Of a DNA stretch of 24,000 nucleotides, positions 1 to 9,236 are shown in pieces. The position numbers and the translations under genes were made by a program. The notes beneath the pieces were generated by a model. It was not told where the DNA came from. It made no database searches and worked only from the letters and a program-made list of their open reading frames with translations. Within the stretch, counting starts at the first letter, position 1; each line of letters opens with the position of its first letter. This DNA comes from Salirhabdus euzebyi (GTDB lineage: Bacteria; Bacillota; Bacilli; Bacillales; Alkalibacillaceae). Location of the stretch: assembly GCF_014207435.1 (NCBI RefSeq), contig NZ_JACHGH010000008.1:17667-41666 (forward strand). The letters are read 5' to 3'.

Positions 1-121
1 CATCAATAATTATTGACTTACCAGCACCAGTTTCTCCTGTTAAAACAGTTAAACCTTCTTTAAATTGTATTTTTATTTCATCAATTATGGCAAAATCCTT
101 AATGGAAAGCTCAGCTAACAC
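1..121 (-). CDS. recN: DNA repair protein RecN, first 40 codons only (gene runs off the window start)
   Basis: Too short for the ORF track. The reverse complement of 1-121 reads (GTG start) [40 protein letters not shown], which contains the RecN/SMC Walker A motif [16 protein letters not shown] Shine-Dalgarno (plus 127-133) lies 5 nt upstream of the GTG. The position downstream of argR matches B. subtilis ahrC-recN. Confidence 0.85.
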   Translation of the reverse strand, partial: MLAELSIKDFAIIDEIKIQFKEGLTVLTGETGAGKSIIID

Positions 122-146
122 GATGTCCACCTCAACTTTGTGGAGT

Positions 147-596
147 TTACAGCATCTCTAAAAAATGCTTGCGTAATTCTTGGGTGCTTTCTTCGGATCT
201 ACAAATGATTAAACAAGTATCATCACCACAGATGGTGCCTAATATTTCGTTCCAGTCCAGATTATCAATTAATACGCCAACTGCCTGTGCATTTCCAGGT
301 AATGTCTTTAACACAATAAAATGACCTGCTGTGTCAATTTTTACAAATGCATCAATCATTAGACGTTTTAATTTGTTTAATGGGTTAAATCGCTGATCTG
401 CAGGTAGACTATATTTATATCTTCCATCAGACATCGGGACCTTCACTAAATGTAGCTCTTTAATATCTCTTGAAACAGTAGCTTGTGTCACATTATAACC
501 AAGACTTTTTAATTTATCGACAAGCTCATCTTGCGTTTCAATATCATTGTCTGCAATGATTTCACGAATTTTGATATGCCTTTGGCCCTTATTCAT
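147..596 (-). CDS. argR: Arginine repressor ArgR/AhrC
   Basis: The 149-aa [17 protein letters not shown]...[12 protein letters not shown]...GTICGDDT has a winged-helix N-terminus and an ArgR C-terminal oligomerisation/arginine-binding domain. ATG start with GAGGGG/AAAGG upstream. Synteny with recN. Confidence 0.93.
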   Translation of the reverse strand: MNKGQRHIKIREIIADNDIETQDELVDKLKSLGYNVTQATVSRDIKELHLVKVPMSDGRYKYSLPADQRFNPLNKLKRLMIDAFVKIDTAGHFIVLKTLPGNAQAVGVLIDNLDWNEILGTICGDDTCLIICRSEESTQELRKHFLEML

Positions 597-647
597 CCTT
601 TACCCCTCACTTATATTCTGTTTCAAGTAATTTTTGCCCCATCTAAC

Positions 648-684
648 AGAGAAAAAGGGACTACATCATAAAATTTGTAGCCCC
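648..684 (-). terminator. Rho-independent terminator after the tlyA-like gene
   Basis: On the minus-strand RNA, GGGGCUACA (684-676) pairs with UGUAGUCCC (665-657). This is 9 bp including one G.U, and it is followed by UUUUUUCUCU. It lies between the tlyA stop (696) and the argR start (596). Confidence 0.6.
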
Positions 685-695
685 TACTCGTTGTA

Positions 696-1511
696 TTAGT
701 TCTTCTTTAAGGTGTCATGTGCTTCATCTACTGTATCGTTAATATTAACACTAGGGGAAATGCTTCCTTCTGCGTGATTCCATGATAAATGGACTAGAAA
801 TTCAATATTTCCTTCTCCTCCAGTAATTGGAGAAAAAGTTAAAGCTTTTACTAAATATCCCTCTTTTACTGCAAATTCTAACATATCTCGCAACACTTGA
901 CGATGAATTTTACTCTCTCTTACAATACCTTTTTTTCCAACCTGCTCTCTACCCGCTTCAAATTGAGGTTTAATTAGCGCAACCACGTCACTATTTTCAA
1001 GCAATAAGTTTTTAAGAACTGGCAAAATAATTCGAAGAGAAATAAAGGATACATCAATAGTTGCAAAGTTTGGCTTGCCTAACTTTAATTGCTCCTCTGT
1101 GACATAACGGAAATTAGTTTTCTCCATCACGACAACTCTTTCATCGCTTCGTAGCTTCCAGTCAAGTTGATTATACCCTACATCAATCGCATAACTTAAC
1201 CTTGCACCATTTTGTAAAGCACAATCAGTAAAGCCACCAGTAGACGAACCGATGTCGATAACAACTTTATCTCGAACTGAAACATCAAATTCGTGTAAAG
1301 CCTTTTCCAGTTTAAGACCACCCCTACTTACATAAGGGATTGCTCTTCCTTTTATTTCTATCGGAATATTTTCATCAACTTTTACACCCGGCTTGTCCAG
1401 TCTAACTTGCTCTGAAAATACCAGACCTGCCATAATAGTTCTCTTCGCTTTTTCCCTTGTATCCAATAGCCCTCTTTCAACAAGCAGCATGTCTAATCTA
1501 ACTTTTTTCAT
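696..1511 (-). CDS. tlyA: TlyA-family rRNA 2'-O-methyltransferase (YqxC/RrmJ-like; S4 domain plus FtsJ methyltransferase domain)
   Basis: The ORF KKVRLDMLLVERGL...DIGSSTGGFTDCALQNGA has an S4-like N-terminus and a SAM-binding GxSTGGF motif. The track starts at a TTG (1517) that abuts the dxs TGA. I prefer the ATG at 1511 (MKKVRLD...), which aligns with the B. subtilis YqxC N-terminus and has AGAGGG 11 nt upstream. The start is uncertain by 6 nt. Confidence 0.88.
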   Translation of the reverse strand: MKKVRLDMLLVERGLLDTREKAKRTIMAGLVFSEQVRLDKPGVKVDENIPIEIKGRAIPYVSRGGLKLEKALHEFDVSVRDKVVIDIGSSTGGFTDCALQNGARLSYAIDVGYNQLDWKLRSDERVVVMEKTNFRYVTEEQLKLGKPNFATIDVSFISLRIILPVLKNLLLENSDVVALIKPQFEAGREQVGKKGIVRESKIHRQVLRDMLEFAVKEGYLVKALTFSPITGGEGNIEFLVHLSWNHAEGSISPSVNINDTVDEAHDTLKKN

Positions 1512-1517
1512 GAACAA

Positions 1518-3407
1518 TCAAGCCCTCTGTTTATTAGGAATCATTTCTGTAATCTTTCTTATTGCATTTTCTGTTGTTAAATCAATTTCATTCCACAACT
1601 CACTTACACTACCGTGCTCAATAAATTGGTCTGGGATTCCCATTCTTGCAATTTTAGTATTCATCTTTCCAGCTTCTTGGATAAATTCTAAAACTGCACT
1701 TCCAAATCCGCCCTGCAAAACATGTTCTTCAATCGTTAAAATAGGAATTTCTTCATGAAGGATTGTTTTGAGCATGGCTTCATCTAAAGGTTTAATGAAC
1801 CTCGCATTGACTACGCGTACCGACAAGTCCGATTGCTCTAAAATTCGACTTGCTTCTAAAGCCATATCTATTGTGGTACCAAAAGTTAAGATAACAGTAT
1901 CCTTACCTTCTTTTAACACTTCCCAAGTACCTATTGGAATTTCTTTCATTTCCTCATCTGTTGGTACTCCGGCGGCATTTCCTCTTGGATACCGAAGTGC
2001 TATTGGACCTTGATCATATTGCACAGCTGTATATACCATGTGCTGACACTCATTTTCATCTTTAGGCATCATAAGTACCATATTCGGTACGTGACGTAAA
2101 AACGATATATCGAAAACTCCTTGGTGTGTTTCCCCATCAGCTCCTACAAGACCGGCTCGATCTATTCCAAATATAACGTTTAAGTTTTGGCGACAAACAT
2201 CGTGTACCACCTGATCATATCCTCGTTGAAGGAAAGTAGAATAGATAGATAAAAACGGTTTCATGTCTTGAGTTGCTAATCCACCAGCAAGCGTTGTCGC
2301 ATGCTGTTCAGCAATACCAACATCAAATAATCGATCGGGAAATTCCTTTTTAAAGTCCTCTAATTTTGACCCGACTGTCATAGCCGGTGTTATCGCTACA
2401 ACTTTATTATTTGTTCGAGCAATTTTGGCTAACGCATCACTTACAACCTTACTCCACGCGGGTCCATTTGCCCTTTTTTTAATCGATTCTCCGGATTCAA
2501 TCTTATAGGGACCGACACCATGCCATGTACCAATCTTGTCCGCTTCAGCTGGATGATAGCCTTTCCCTTTTTTTGTTAGGACGTGAATAATAACAGGACC
2601 TTCCGTTTTTTTCGCGTATTTTAAATTCTCAAATAGACTATCAAAATTATGACCATCCACTGGACCATAATAAGTAAAACCTAATTCTTCAAAAAACATC
2701 CCAGGAACGACAAACGATTTCATACCATCCTTTATGCGTTCTGCGGTTTGAGCCAGTCGACCACCTACTGCAGGAATTTTTTTCAGGAGATATTCCATTT
2801 CATCTTTAAACCAATTGTATTTATTCGCACTACGTAATCGACCCAAAATATTATGAACAGCCCCAACGTTAGGGGCAATAGACATTTCGTTATCATTTAA
2901 TATAACAATTATATTCTTTTTTTCATGTCCAATATGGTTTAATGCTTCTAAGGCCATACCACCAGTTAAGGCACCATCTCCAATGATTGGAACAATATAA
3001 CTTTTTTCTCCTTTTAAGTCGCGAGCAATAGCCATTCCCATTGCAGCAGACAAAGAAGTTGAACTGTGGCCCGTTTCCCAAACATCATGTTCGCTTTCTA
3101 ACCGCTTCGGAAAACCACTCAGTCCTTTATGTTTTTTCAACGTATCAAACTGGTTTGTTCGGCCAGTTAGAATTTTATGAACATAGGATTGGTGGCCTAC
3201 ATCCCAAATAAATTTATCATCTGGACTATTAAATGCTTTATGAAGAGCTAAAGTTAATTCTACAACCCCAAGGTTTGGTCCTAAATGACCGCCAGTCTTA
3301 GATAAGGTGTCAATTAAAAACTCACGAATTTCCTCCGCAAGCTCCTCTAACTGTTTCGTTGAATACGTCTTTAAAAAAGCTGGATCTTGTATTTCCTTTA
3401 GATCCAT
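1518..3407 (-). CDS. dxs: 1-deoxy-D-xylulose-5-phosphate synthase
   Basis: 629-aa ORF with the TPP-binding motifs [13 protein letters not shown] and [16 protein letters not shown], and a transketolase-like C-terminus. ATG start with GAAGGTGAG upstream. Confidence 0.96.
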   Translation of the reverse strand: MDLKEIQDPAFLKTYSTKQLEELAEEIREFLIDTLSKTGGHLGPNLGVVELTLALHKAFNSPDDKFIWDVGHQSYVHKILTGRTNQFDTLKKHKGLSGFPKRLESEHDVWETGHSSTSLSAAMGMAIARDLKGEKSYIVPIIGDGALTGGMALEALNHIGHEKKNIIVILNDNEMSIAPNVGAVHNILGRLRSANKYNWFKDEMEYLLKKIPAVGGRLAQTAERIKDGMKSFVVPGMFFEELGFTYYGPVDGHNFDSLFENLKYAKKTEGPVIIHVLTKKGKGYHPAEADKIGTWHGVGPYKIESGESIKKRANGPAWSKVVSDALAKIARTNNKVVAITPAMTVGSKLEDFKKEFPDRLFDVGIAEQHATTLAGGLATQDMKPFLSIYSTFLQRGYDQVVHDVCRQNLNVIFGIDRAGLVGADGETHQGVFDISFLRHVPNMVLMMPKDENECQHMVYTAVQYDQGPIALRYPRGNAAGVPTDEEMKEIPIGTWEVLKEGKDTVILTFGTTIDMALEASRILEQSDLSVRVVNARFIKPLDEAMLKTILHEEIPILTIEEHVLQGGFGSAVLEFIQEAGKMNTKIARMGIPDQFIEHGSVSELWNEIDLTTENAIRKITEMIPNKQRA

Positions 3408-3423
3408 GATGGATCACTCACCT

Positions 3424-4026
3424 TCATTGGGAATTTCTTCCGTTCTTCCTTTTAAGCGCAGGAAGCACTCTAATATGTAAATGCTTCTCGATGAAGGCAA
3501 TTACTTTTCCTGCAAATAATATAATTTGGGTAGAAGAATGGATAGCAAAAAATTTACCTAACGCTTTTCCACCTACCGTAAAAGCTGCAACAATACTCGT
3601 GAATATTATGGAAATGGTAAATTGGTTAGTGGAACCTTCATTATAACCGAATCCGAGTGCTAATTGAAGGACAACAACTGCTGAGGCGGTACCGCTAATA
3701 ATCCCAGATATATCTCCAATTACGTCATTACAAAAACTTGCAAACCGGTCCGCATTTCTTACAATTACAATCGCTTGCCTAGATCCATGAACCTTTTCTG
3801 CTGCCATTGCGTGAAATGGAACTTCGTCTGCAGCAGTTGCAGCAATCCCAAACATGTCAAAAATGACACCAATTAAGACGATGCTTAAAACAATAAAAAT
3901 ACCAGCAAACCATCCGACACCATTTAATAAAATGGATGAAATAATTGAAAAAAGGGCCGCTAACACAAAAGTGATAACGGCAATTCCTATACTAAAGCGT
4001 AACGACTTGTTAAATTGCTGACTCAT
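3424..4026 (-). CDS. oapA: OLE-associated membrane protein OapA-like (small 4-TM protein)
   Basis: 200-aa ORF with hydrophobic segments at about residues 12-34, 39-63, 106-126 and 136-156. It has a hydrophilic loop, a DxxxD motif (D101-VIG-D105 in CNDVIGDISG) and a basic tail (RVLPALKRKNGRNSQ). GAGGAAG lies 7 nt before the ATG. The gene sits immediately downstream of the large non-coding segment and upstream of dxs, which is the position reported for oapA in OLE loci. B. subtilis has no equivalent gene here. Confidence 0.75.
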   Translation of the reverse strand: MSQQFNKSLRFSIGIAVITFVLAALFSIISSILLNGVGWFAGIFIVLSIVLIGVIFDMFGIAATAADEVPFHAMAAEKVHGSRQAIVIVRNADRFASFCNDVIGDISGIISGTASAVVVLQLALGFGYNEGSTNQFTISIIFTSIVAAFTVGGKALGKFFAIHSSTQIILFAGKVIAFIEKHLHIRVLPALKRKNGRNSQ

Positions 4027-4129
4027 TTTTATACTTCCTCTATATGTAAATAGTTATGAACAGTATGTTAATAAAAAATTGGCCTTTTGGTCAAAAATAA
4101 TCTTTGTTTATAAAATATAAAGAAAGGAA

Positions 4130-4760
4130 TGGTCATTTAATAAGTAAAAATTGCAGCTTAGGTCCAGTAGGTTTTCCCAATTGAATACCGCGAGTTGCCT
4201 CTACGGCGGTTCCCCTTTAAATTCAACTTAGCTCCGTCACCGAAAGCTAGACTGGATTACCACTTAGCCTGCACTATAATCCTCATTAAATGTCACAATC
4301 GAGTAGTCTAGGAGTTTTCCTCTACAGTCCTTTAACCGTTCCCTAGCCTCTTTTGCAGTGTTGATTTCAAATGGTATACAAGGCAGCAAATAGTGGCCTG
4401 CTATTTTACTGCATTAAACCATTATCCCCTCAACACCACTCAAGGCAGGCTACGCTGCAGATAGAGATTCCCAACCCTATCGTGCAGGTTCATACCCCAT
4501 CCCATAGCACTTCGCGGTAGCTTAATGCCACAGTAATGGGCCTCCGCGGAAGTAGGGTCAACGCCCACATGCCTTTGTGGATCGCCCCACAACCTTAACT
4601 CCCAGCACCGACCCAAGGCTGGGCGCCTCAAGCCGACACAAGGAACTTCATCGATGTGCCCTTTGGCGGATTTTTAGGCCCGCCTTCAAGAACGGGGGAC
4701 TGACTAGAATACTACACCATCCCTTTAGTACTATTAATATACCATACGTTCTTTCATGTT
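4130..4760 (-). ncRNA. ole: OLE (ornate, large, extremophilic) RNA candidate; ends approximate
   Basis: The 754-nt gap (4027-4780) between ispA and oapA has no credible ORF and is visibly GC-richer than the other spacers. It contains many short complementary pairs, for example 4601-4606/4618-4623 (6 bp), 4510-4517/4544-4552 (8 bp plus a bulge), 4396-4401/4445-4450 (6 bp), 4163-4168/4251-4256 (6 bp), 4187-4191/4206-4210 and 4665-4669/4680-4684. There is no terminator after ispA. The context xseA-xseB-ispA-[RNA]-oapA-dxs-tlyA-argR-recN matches the published OLE context. The strand is inferred from the operon orientation. Confidence 0.75.
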
Positions 4761-4780
4761 CTCAATTACAATTATTCTCA

Positions 4781-5659
4781 TTAATAGTCGCGATTACCTA
4801 AATAATCAATGAAATCATATAAAATTTCATGATTAACTTTTGCTGTTTTTAACGCTAGTGCAGCTTTTTCCATATACCATTCTTTTTTCTTTATCGTCTC
4901 GTCTAACCCTAATATTTTTGGATAGGTGCTCTTCTCACTCTGCTCATCACTACCAATTGGTTTACCTAATTTTTCTTCATTACCAATTACGTCTAATACG
5001 TCGTCTTGAATTTGAAAAATGAGTCCGAGGCAGGTAGCATATTCATCAATAGCCTCTATTTGTGGTGGAATAGCTCCTCCTAAATAGGCCCCTGCCCGTA
5101 TAGCAAACCGTATAAGCTCTCCTGTTTTAAGAAGATGAATCTGGTCCATTTCTTGCAAGGAAAGGGATTTTTTTTCCCCTTCTAAGTCAAGCATTTGTCC
5201 TGCTACCATACCTTCTGGTCCACTAGCCTGAGCCAATTCCCTAACCAAATAAACTTTTTCTTCTGCATGAAGAAAATTAGAGGTAGTAATAACATGAAAC
5301 GCCCCTGCAAGTAATCCATCACCGGCTAGTATTGCCGTTGCATCATCAAACTTTTTATGATTTGTCGGTTTCCCTCTTCGAAAATCATCATTATCCATTG
5401 CAGGCAAATCATCATGTATTAAAGAATATGTATGAACCATTTCTAACGCAGCAGCTGGATGTACAACTTTTTTATCTATCGGACGAAATGCTTCATAAGC
5501 AGCCATCATTAATATTGGCCGAAGCCTTTTACCCCCAGCTTTTATGGAATATAGCATGGACTCCTTAAGTCGCTTTGGACTGTTAAATTCGTTTACAATT
5601 GCCTCAAGCTCGTAATTGAACCATTCTTGTTTTTCCTTTACATAATTTAAAAAAGTCAC
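4781..5659 (-). CDS. ispA: Farnesyl diphosphate synthase (polyprenyl synthetase family)
   Basis: 292-aa ORF with the two Asp-rich motifs LIHDDLPAMDNDDFRRG and FQIQDDVLD. GTG start with AGGAGGA 9 nt upstream, 5 nt after the xseB stop. Confidence 0.94.
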   Translation of the reverse strand: MTFLNYVKEKQEWFNYELEAIVNEFNSPKRLKESMLYSIKAGGKRLRPILMMAAYEAFRPIDKKVVHPAAALEMVHTYSLIHDDLPAMDNDDFRRGKPTNHKKFDDATAILAGDGLLAGAFHVITTSNFLHAEEKVYLVRELAQASGPEGMVAGQMLDLEGEKKSLSLQEMDQIHLLKTGELIRFAIRAGAYLGGAIPPQIEAIDEYATCLGLIFQIQDDVLDVIGNEEKLGKPIGSDEQSEKSTYPKILGLDETIKKKEWYMEKAALALKTAKVNHEILYDFIDYLGNRDY

Positions 5660-5664
5660 GCTAC

Positions 5665-5901
5665 TTATTCCTCCTGCACTGAAAACGGCTTTAGCTCACC
5701 TTGTTCGTTTAATATTTGTTCCATCTGTTTTTCTACTTTTGTTAGTTTGTCATTACAAAATTTGGATAATTTCATTCCTTCTTGGTAATAATCAATTGCT
5801 TTTTCTAAAGGAACATCGCCTTCTTCTAATTTCTCTACAATAGCTTCTAACTTCATAATAGCTTCTTCAAAACTTACTTCTTTATTTTGATCTTCCGTCA
5901 T
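5665..5901 (-). CDS. xseB: Exodeoxyribonuclease VII small subunit
   Basis: 78-aa [43 protein letters not shown], typical of XseB. It overlaps the xseA 3' end by 20 nt. Confidence 0.93.
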   Translation of the reverse strand: MTEDQNKEVSFEEAIMKLEAIVEKLEEGDVPLEKAIDYYQEGMKLSKFCNDKLTKVEKQMEQILNEQGELKPFSVQEE

Positions 5902-7243
5902 TTTTATCCTCCTCTAATCCCCATACTTGGCAGTCAACTAATCCATCCTTCAATTTAACAAACATTTTGTCCCCGGGTTGTACATCCTTTATTGTCTTGA
6001 CAACTTCTCTCTTTTCATTATAAGGAATGGCATATCCCCGTTGAATAATTTCCAGTGGGTTTAAAAGCGTTAATTTTTCTATCTTATGTGTAAAGGATTG
6101 TTGTTTCGTTTTTATTTGTTGTTCCATTGCTCGTTGTTGACGCTCTGTTAACTTTTGTAGCTCAAGTTTTGTCTGTTCTACTTTTCGAGCTGGATGAAGT
6201 TGAGCTAGTCTTTTAGAAATAAAATCACTTTTTTCTTTCTTATATGTAACATATTGCTTGGAAACCTTTTGTAATTGATCAAAAAGTCTGTCTAAGTCTT
6301 GCTCTTTCTGCTTTAACAATTGCTCTGGGTATCGAAAAGCATAAGATTGCTGTATGGAAGTAAGTCTTTCTTTTCTTGTGGAAATATGCATAGAAGCGCT
6401 TTTTTGTATGCGCTTGGTCATTATCGTAATTCTGTCCTGTACATCCAGCAAAGATGGAACTGCCAACTCTGCTGCTCCCGTAGGTGTAGGAGCCCTTAAG
6501 TCAGAAGCAAAATCACTTATCGTAAAGTCTGTTTCATGTCCTACAGCTGAGATAATAGGTACGTTTGATTGAACGATTGCTCGAGCTACCATTTCTTCAT
6601 TAAAGCTCCACAATTCCTCAATGGAACCTCCACCTCGTCCAATTATTAACACATCAAACATATTTAAGTCGTTTGCCTTTTTAATAGCTTGTACAATTGA
6701 CTTTGCTGCATAATCGCCTTGTACCAAAACGGGAAGTAACGTTTTCTTCACAATTGGATACCTTCTATTTATTGTGGAAAAAATATCTCGTACTGCAGCA
6801 CCCGTAGGAGAAGTAATGACACCGACATGTTCTGGATATAAAGGGATTTTCTTTTTTCTATCTTGACGAAATAACCCTTCATTTTCGAGTTTTTCCTTCA
6901 GTTGCTCATAAGCTAGATAAAGAGCACCTATACCATCTGGTTGCATTTGGTGTATATAAAGCTGGTATTGTCCGTGGGGTTCATAGACACCTATTTCACC
7001 TTCGACGAGGACATTCATCCCATTTTCAGGTCTGAATTTTATCTGTTTATTATGACCAGCAAACATGACTGCTTGAATTTTAGACTGATTATCTTTCAAG
7101 GTTAAATACATATGACCTCTAGAGTGTTGCGTAAAGTTTGAAATTTCCCCTTTTAAATATACCCGCTTCAAATTAGGATCTGTTTCCATTTTTCTTCTTA
7201 TATATCTTGTTAACGCTGTAACCGTTAAGTACCGATCCTTCAC
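5882..7243 (-). CDS. xseA: Exodeoxyribonuclease VII large subunit
   Basis: 453-aa ORF with an OB-fold N-terminus ([24 protein letters not shown]), the catalytic core ([25 protein letters not shown]) and a coiled-coil C-terminus. GTG start with AAAGGGG upstream. Confidence 0.94.
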   Translation of the reverse strand: MKDRYLTVTALTRYIRRKMETDPNLKRVYLKGEISNFTQHSRGHMYLTLKDNQSKIQAVMFAGHNKQIKFRPENGMNVLVEGEIGVYEPHGQYQLYIHQMQPDGIGALYLAYEQLKEKLENEGLFRQDRKKKIPLYPEHVGVITSPTGAAVRDIFSTINRRYPIVKKTLLPVLVQGDYAAKSIVQAIKKANDLNMFDVLIIGRGGGSIEELWSFNEEMVARAIVQSNVPIISAVGHETDFTISDFASDLRAPTPTGAAELAVPSLLDVQDRITIMTKRIQKSASMHISTRKERLTSIQQSYAFRYPEQLLKQKEQDLDRLFDQLQKVSKQYVTYKKEKSDFISKRLAQLHPARKVEQTKLELQKLTERQQRAMEQQIKTKQQSFTHKIEKLTLLNPLEIIQRGYAIPYNEKREVVKTIKDVQPGDKMFVKLKDGLVDCQVWGLEEDKNDGRSK

Positions 7244-7341
7244 AATACTTAATCCCCTTTTTCACCATATTAAAAGATTATCTTTATTCCTTGTACGACA
7301 ACACATAAACTGTCTCAAGGTTCTGTAAATCGGCTAGTTTT

Positions 7342-8187
7342 TTATGATTGTTTTGCTGCTATGATTGTATTATTTAATAACATCGTAATGGTCATCGGAC
7401 CTACACCTTTTGGAACAGGAGTAATGTAAGACGCTTTTTCCTTTACTACATCAAAATTAACATCTCCTGATAGTTTTCCACTAGAAAGGACACTGTTCCC
7501 AACATCTATTACAACTGCTCCATCCTTAACGCCTTGTTCATTTATAAGATTTGGTTTTCCTACAGCTGAAATTAGGATGTCTGCTTTCTTTGTATGGTTA
7601 TACAAATCTTCTGTAGCAGAATGACAATAGGTTACAGTTGCATTTTCATTAAGAAATAAGTGACCAACAGGCTTACCCACGATGTTGCTACGCCCTACAA
7701 CCACTACATGCTTCCCTTCTATTGGAATGTTTTTATCCTTAATCATATATAAAATCCCCAACGGTGTACATGGGACAAAGCATTCTTGATTCGTAATTAA
7801 TCTTCCTACATTAATAGGATGAAAACCATCCACATCCTTGTTAGGGGTAATGCTTTCAATGATTATTTTTGCGTCAATATGCTTTGGAAGAGGTAATTGA
7901 ACTAATATCCCATGTATTGATGAATCGTTGTTTAATTCTAATACTTTATCCAAAAGCTCTTGTTGGGAAGTGGCTTCGTTTAATTCAATGACTTTAGAAT
8001 GTATACCAATAGCCTCAGAAGCTCGTTTTTTTTCTCTAACATATACTTTGGAAGCAGGATCGTCGCCCACAATAATAACAGCCAGACCAGGTTGAATTCC
8101 TTTTTTCTGTAATGACATTATTTCTTTTCTCAATTCATTTCTTAACTTCGTAGCAATTTCTGTTCCATATATGACTTCAGCTGGCAT
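7342..8187 (-). CDS. folD: Bifunctional methylenetetrahydrofolate dehydrogenase / methenyl-THF cyclohydrolase
   Basis: 281-aa ORF with the FolD motifs VGDDPASKVYVREKKRA, GILVQLPLP, VVVGRSNIVGKP and PVPKGVGPMT. Confidence 0.96.
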   Translation of the reverse strand: MPAEVIYGTEIATKLRNELRKEIMSLQKKGIQPGLAVIIVGDDPASKVYVREKKRASEAIGIHSKVIELNEATSQQELLDKVLELNNDSSIHGILVQLPLPKHIDAKIIIESITPNKDVDGFHPINVGRLITNQECFVPCTPLGILYMIKDKNIPIEGKHVVVVGRSNIVGKPVGHLFLNENATVTYCHSATEDLYNHTKKADILISAVGKPNLINEQGVKDGAVVIDVGNSVLSSGKLSGDVNFDVVKEKASYITPVPKGVGPMTITMLLNNTIIAAKQS

Positions 8188-8201
8188 GCTATTTCCCCTT
8201 C

Positions 8202-8588
8202 CTATTGCTCATCCACTAATTTAGACAGAACACCATTTATAAACTTACCAGAGTTTTCCTCGCCATATTCCTTGGCAATATCAATTGCTTCGTTTATGGA
8301 AACTTTGATTGGTATTTCTTCTTTATATTTTATTTCATAAGTTGCAATTCGCAGTAATGTTTTTTCAACTAAAGCAAGGCGACTTAATGACCAATTAACG
8401 AGGTTATCCGATAGCATTTGATCGATCTTTTCTTTATGTTCTGACACACCATATACTAATTCAGACGTAAATGGATGAATAGATTCTTCATCTGTTGCAT
8501 AGAGAATGGCATCCTTTGGTGAAATATCGTTCATATCCATTTGAAATAAAATTTGAAACGCTTTTACCCTAGCATTTCTTCGTATCAT
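8202..8588 (-). CDS. nusB: Transcription antitermination factor NusB
   Basis: 128-aa ORF RRNARVKAFQILFQMD...AIDIAKEYGEENSGKFINGVL. ATG start with AAAGGAG 8 nt upstream. Confidence 0.94.
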   Translation of the reverse strand: MIRRNARVKAFQILFQMDMNDISPKDAILYATDEESIHPFTSELVYGVSEHKEKIDQMLSDNLVNWSLSRLALVEKTLLRIATYEIKYKEEIPIKVSINEAIDIAKEYGEENSGKFINGVLSKLVDEQ

Positions 8589-8865
8589 GTTACATGCTCC
8601 TTTTTTATATCATCAAAAATAGTATCATTAGTTAATTTCACCGTAATTCGTTTCCTTAAACGATGAAAAATATGACTTCATTTTCCTTTGAATGATAACA
8701 TTTTAAAGAAATAAAAGCTATTTAAAGGGGTATTCGTTAAAATAGTGAGCCAAAAAACCGCATCCATTAGGCATAAGAATCTATCCGGTGAGAAACTCCT
8801 AGCCACATAAGGTCAATCACCAAGAGAGAAATCGTTCTCTTTATAAGGATATTTTCGCAGTTTAT

Positions 8866-9163
8866 GTAAACTACGACAAACTATAGCTATGACTGTTGAG
8901 TGTTACACCGCCGCTTCGGCAGAATACTTCACTTTCCACGGGCACGGCCTCAGCCGCCTCGCGGAAAACCACCGCTGTGGGGTCTTCAGACACGTGCTTA
9001 GCGAAGGAAATACACGTAGACTCCTTCAGGACAGCGAAGACGTTGAGACCCCAACAGCGAGCGTTCTGTGCGAGTGAGAAGGCTCAACGCGAGCCCTAAA
9101 GGTGCGGGTAGTGTATTTCCTTAGCGGCTGTGATTTATACATATAAGTTACATCGCAGTTTCC
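8866..9163. repeat. Composite GC-rich palindromic repeat element A (half unit plus full unit, with imperfect terminal inverted repeats); MITE/REP-like, family unnamed
   Basis: The full unit is 8997-9130 and closes with a perfect 12-bp stem (9004-9015 aaggaaatacac / 9111-9122 gtgtatttcctt). An oppositely oriented half unit lies at about 8911-8996. The termini 8866-8886 (gtaaactacgacaaactatag) and 9143-9163 (rc ggaaactgcgatgtaacttat) are imperfect inverted repeats related to the ends of element B. Element A aligns unit-by-unit with 11781-12217. Confidence 0.8.
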
Positions 9164-9189
9164 TTCTATTGCGAAATACATAAAAAGGC

Positions 9190-9225
9190 TTATATAAAGA
9201 AGAAAAGGTCACAGAAATAACTCTG
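9190..9225 (-). terminator. Rho-independent terminator after the Asp23-family gene
   Basis: The stem aaaggtcacag (9194-9204) / ctgtgaccttt (9212-9222) is followed on the minus-strand RNA by UUUUCUUCUUU. It lies 12 nt after the stop at 9237. Confidence 0.8.
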
Positions 9226-9236
9226 TGACCTTTGCA

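Noticed and set aside
4075-4100. Possible terminator between the OLE-like RNA and oapA (UUGACC-AAAA-GGCCAA followed by UUUUUUAUU on the minus strand)
   Set aside because: The stem is only 6 bp with a central A.C mismatch on the relevant strand (it is better paired on the plus strand, where no U-tract follows). It is too weak to call. At most it is a processing or attenuation site.
4440-4801. Track ORFs 4440..4631 (minus, 63 aa) and 4577..4801 (plus, 74 aa) inside the ispA-oapA spacer
   Set aside because: They overlap each other on opposite strands and have no Shine-Dalgarno. Their composition is Arg/Pro/Trp/Gly-rich, as expected from random frames in a GC-rich structured RNA. The plus-strand ORF also runs into the ispA 3' end. 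They are better explained by the OLE-like ncRNA.
8889-9099. Track ORFs 8889..9077 and 8896..9099 (plus strand) as small proteins
   Set aside because: Two overlapping frames of the same GC-rich palindromic repeat, with no ribosome-binding site and low-complexity Ala/Arg/Ser/Thr content. The homologous repeat copy does not conserve a frame, so these are by-products of the repeat.
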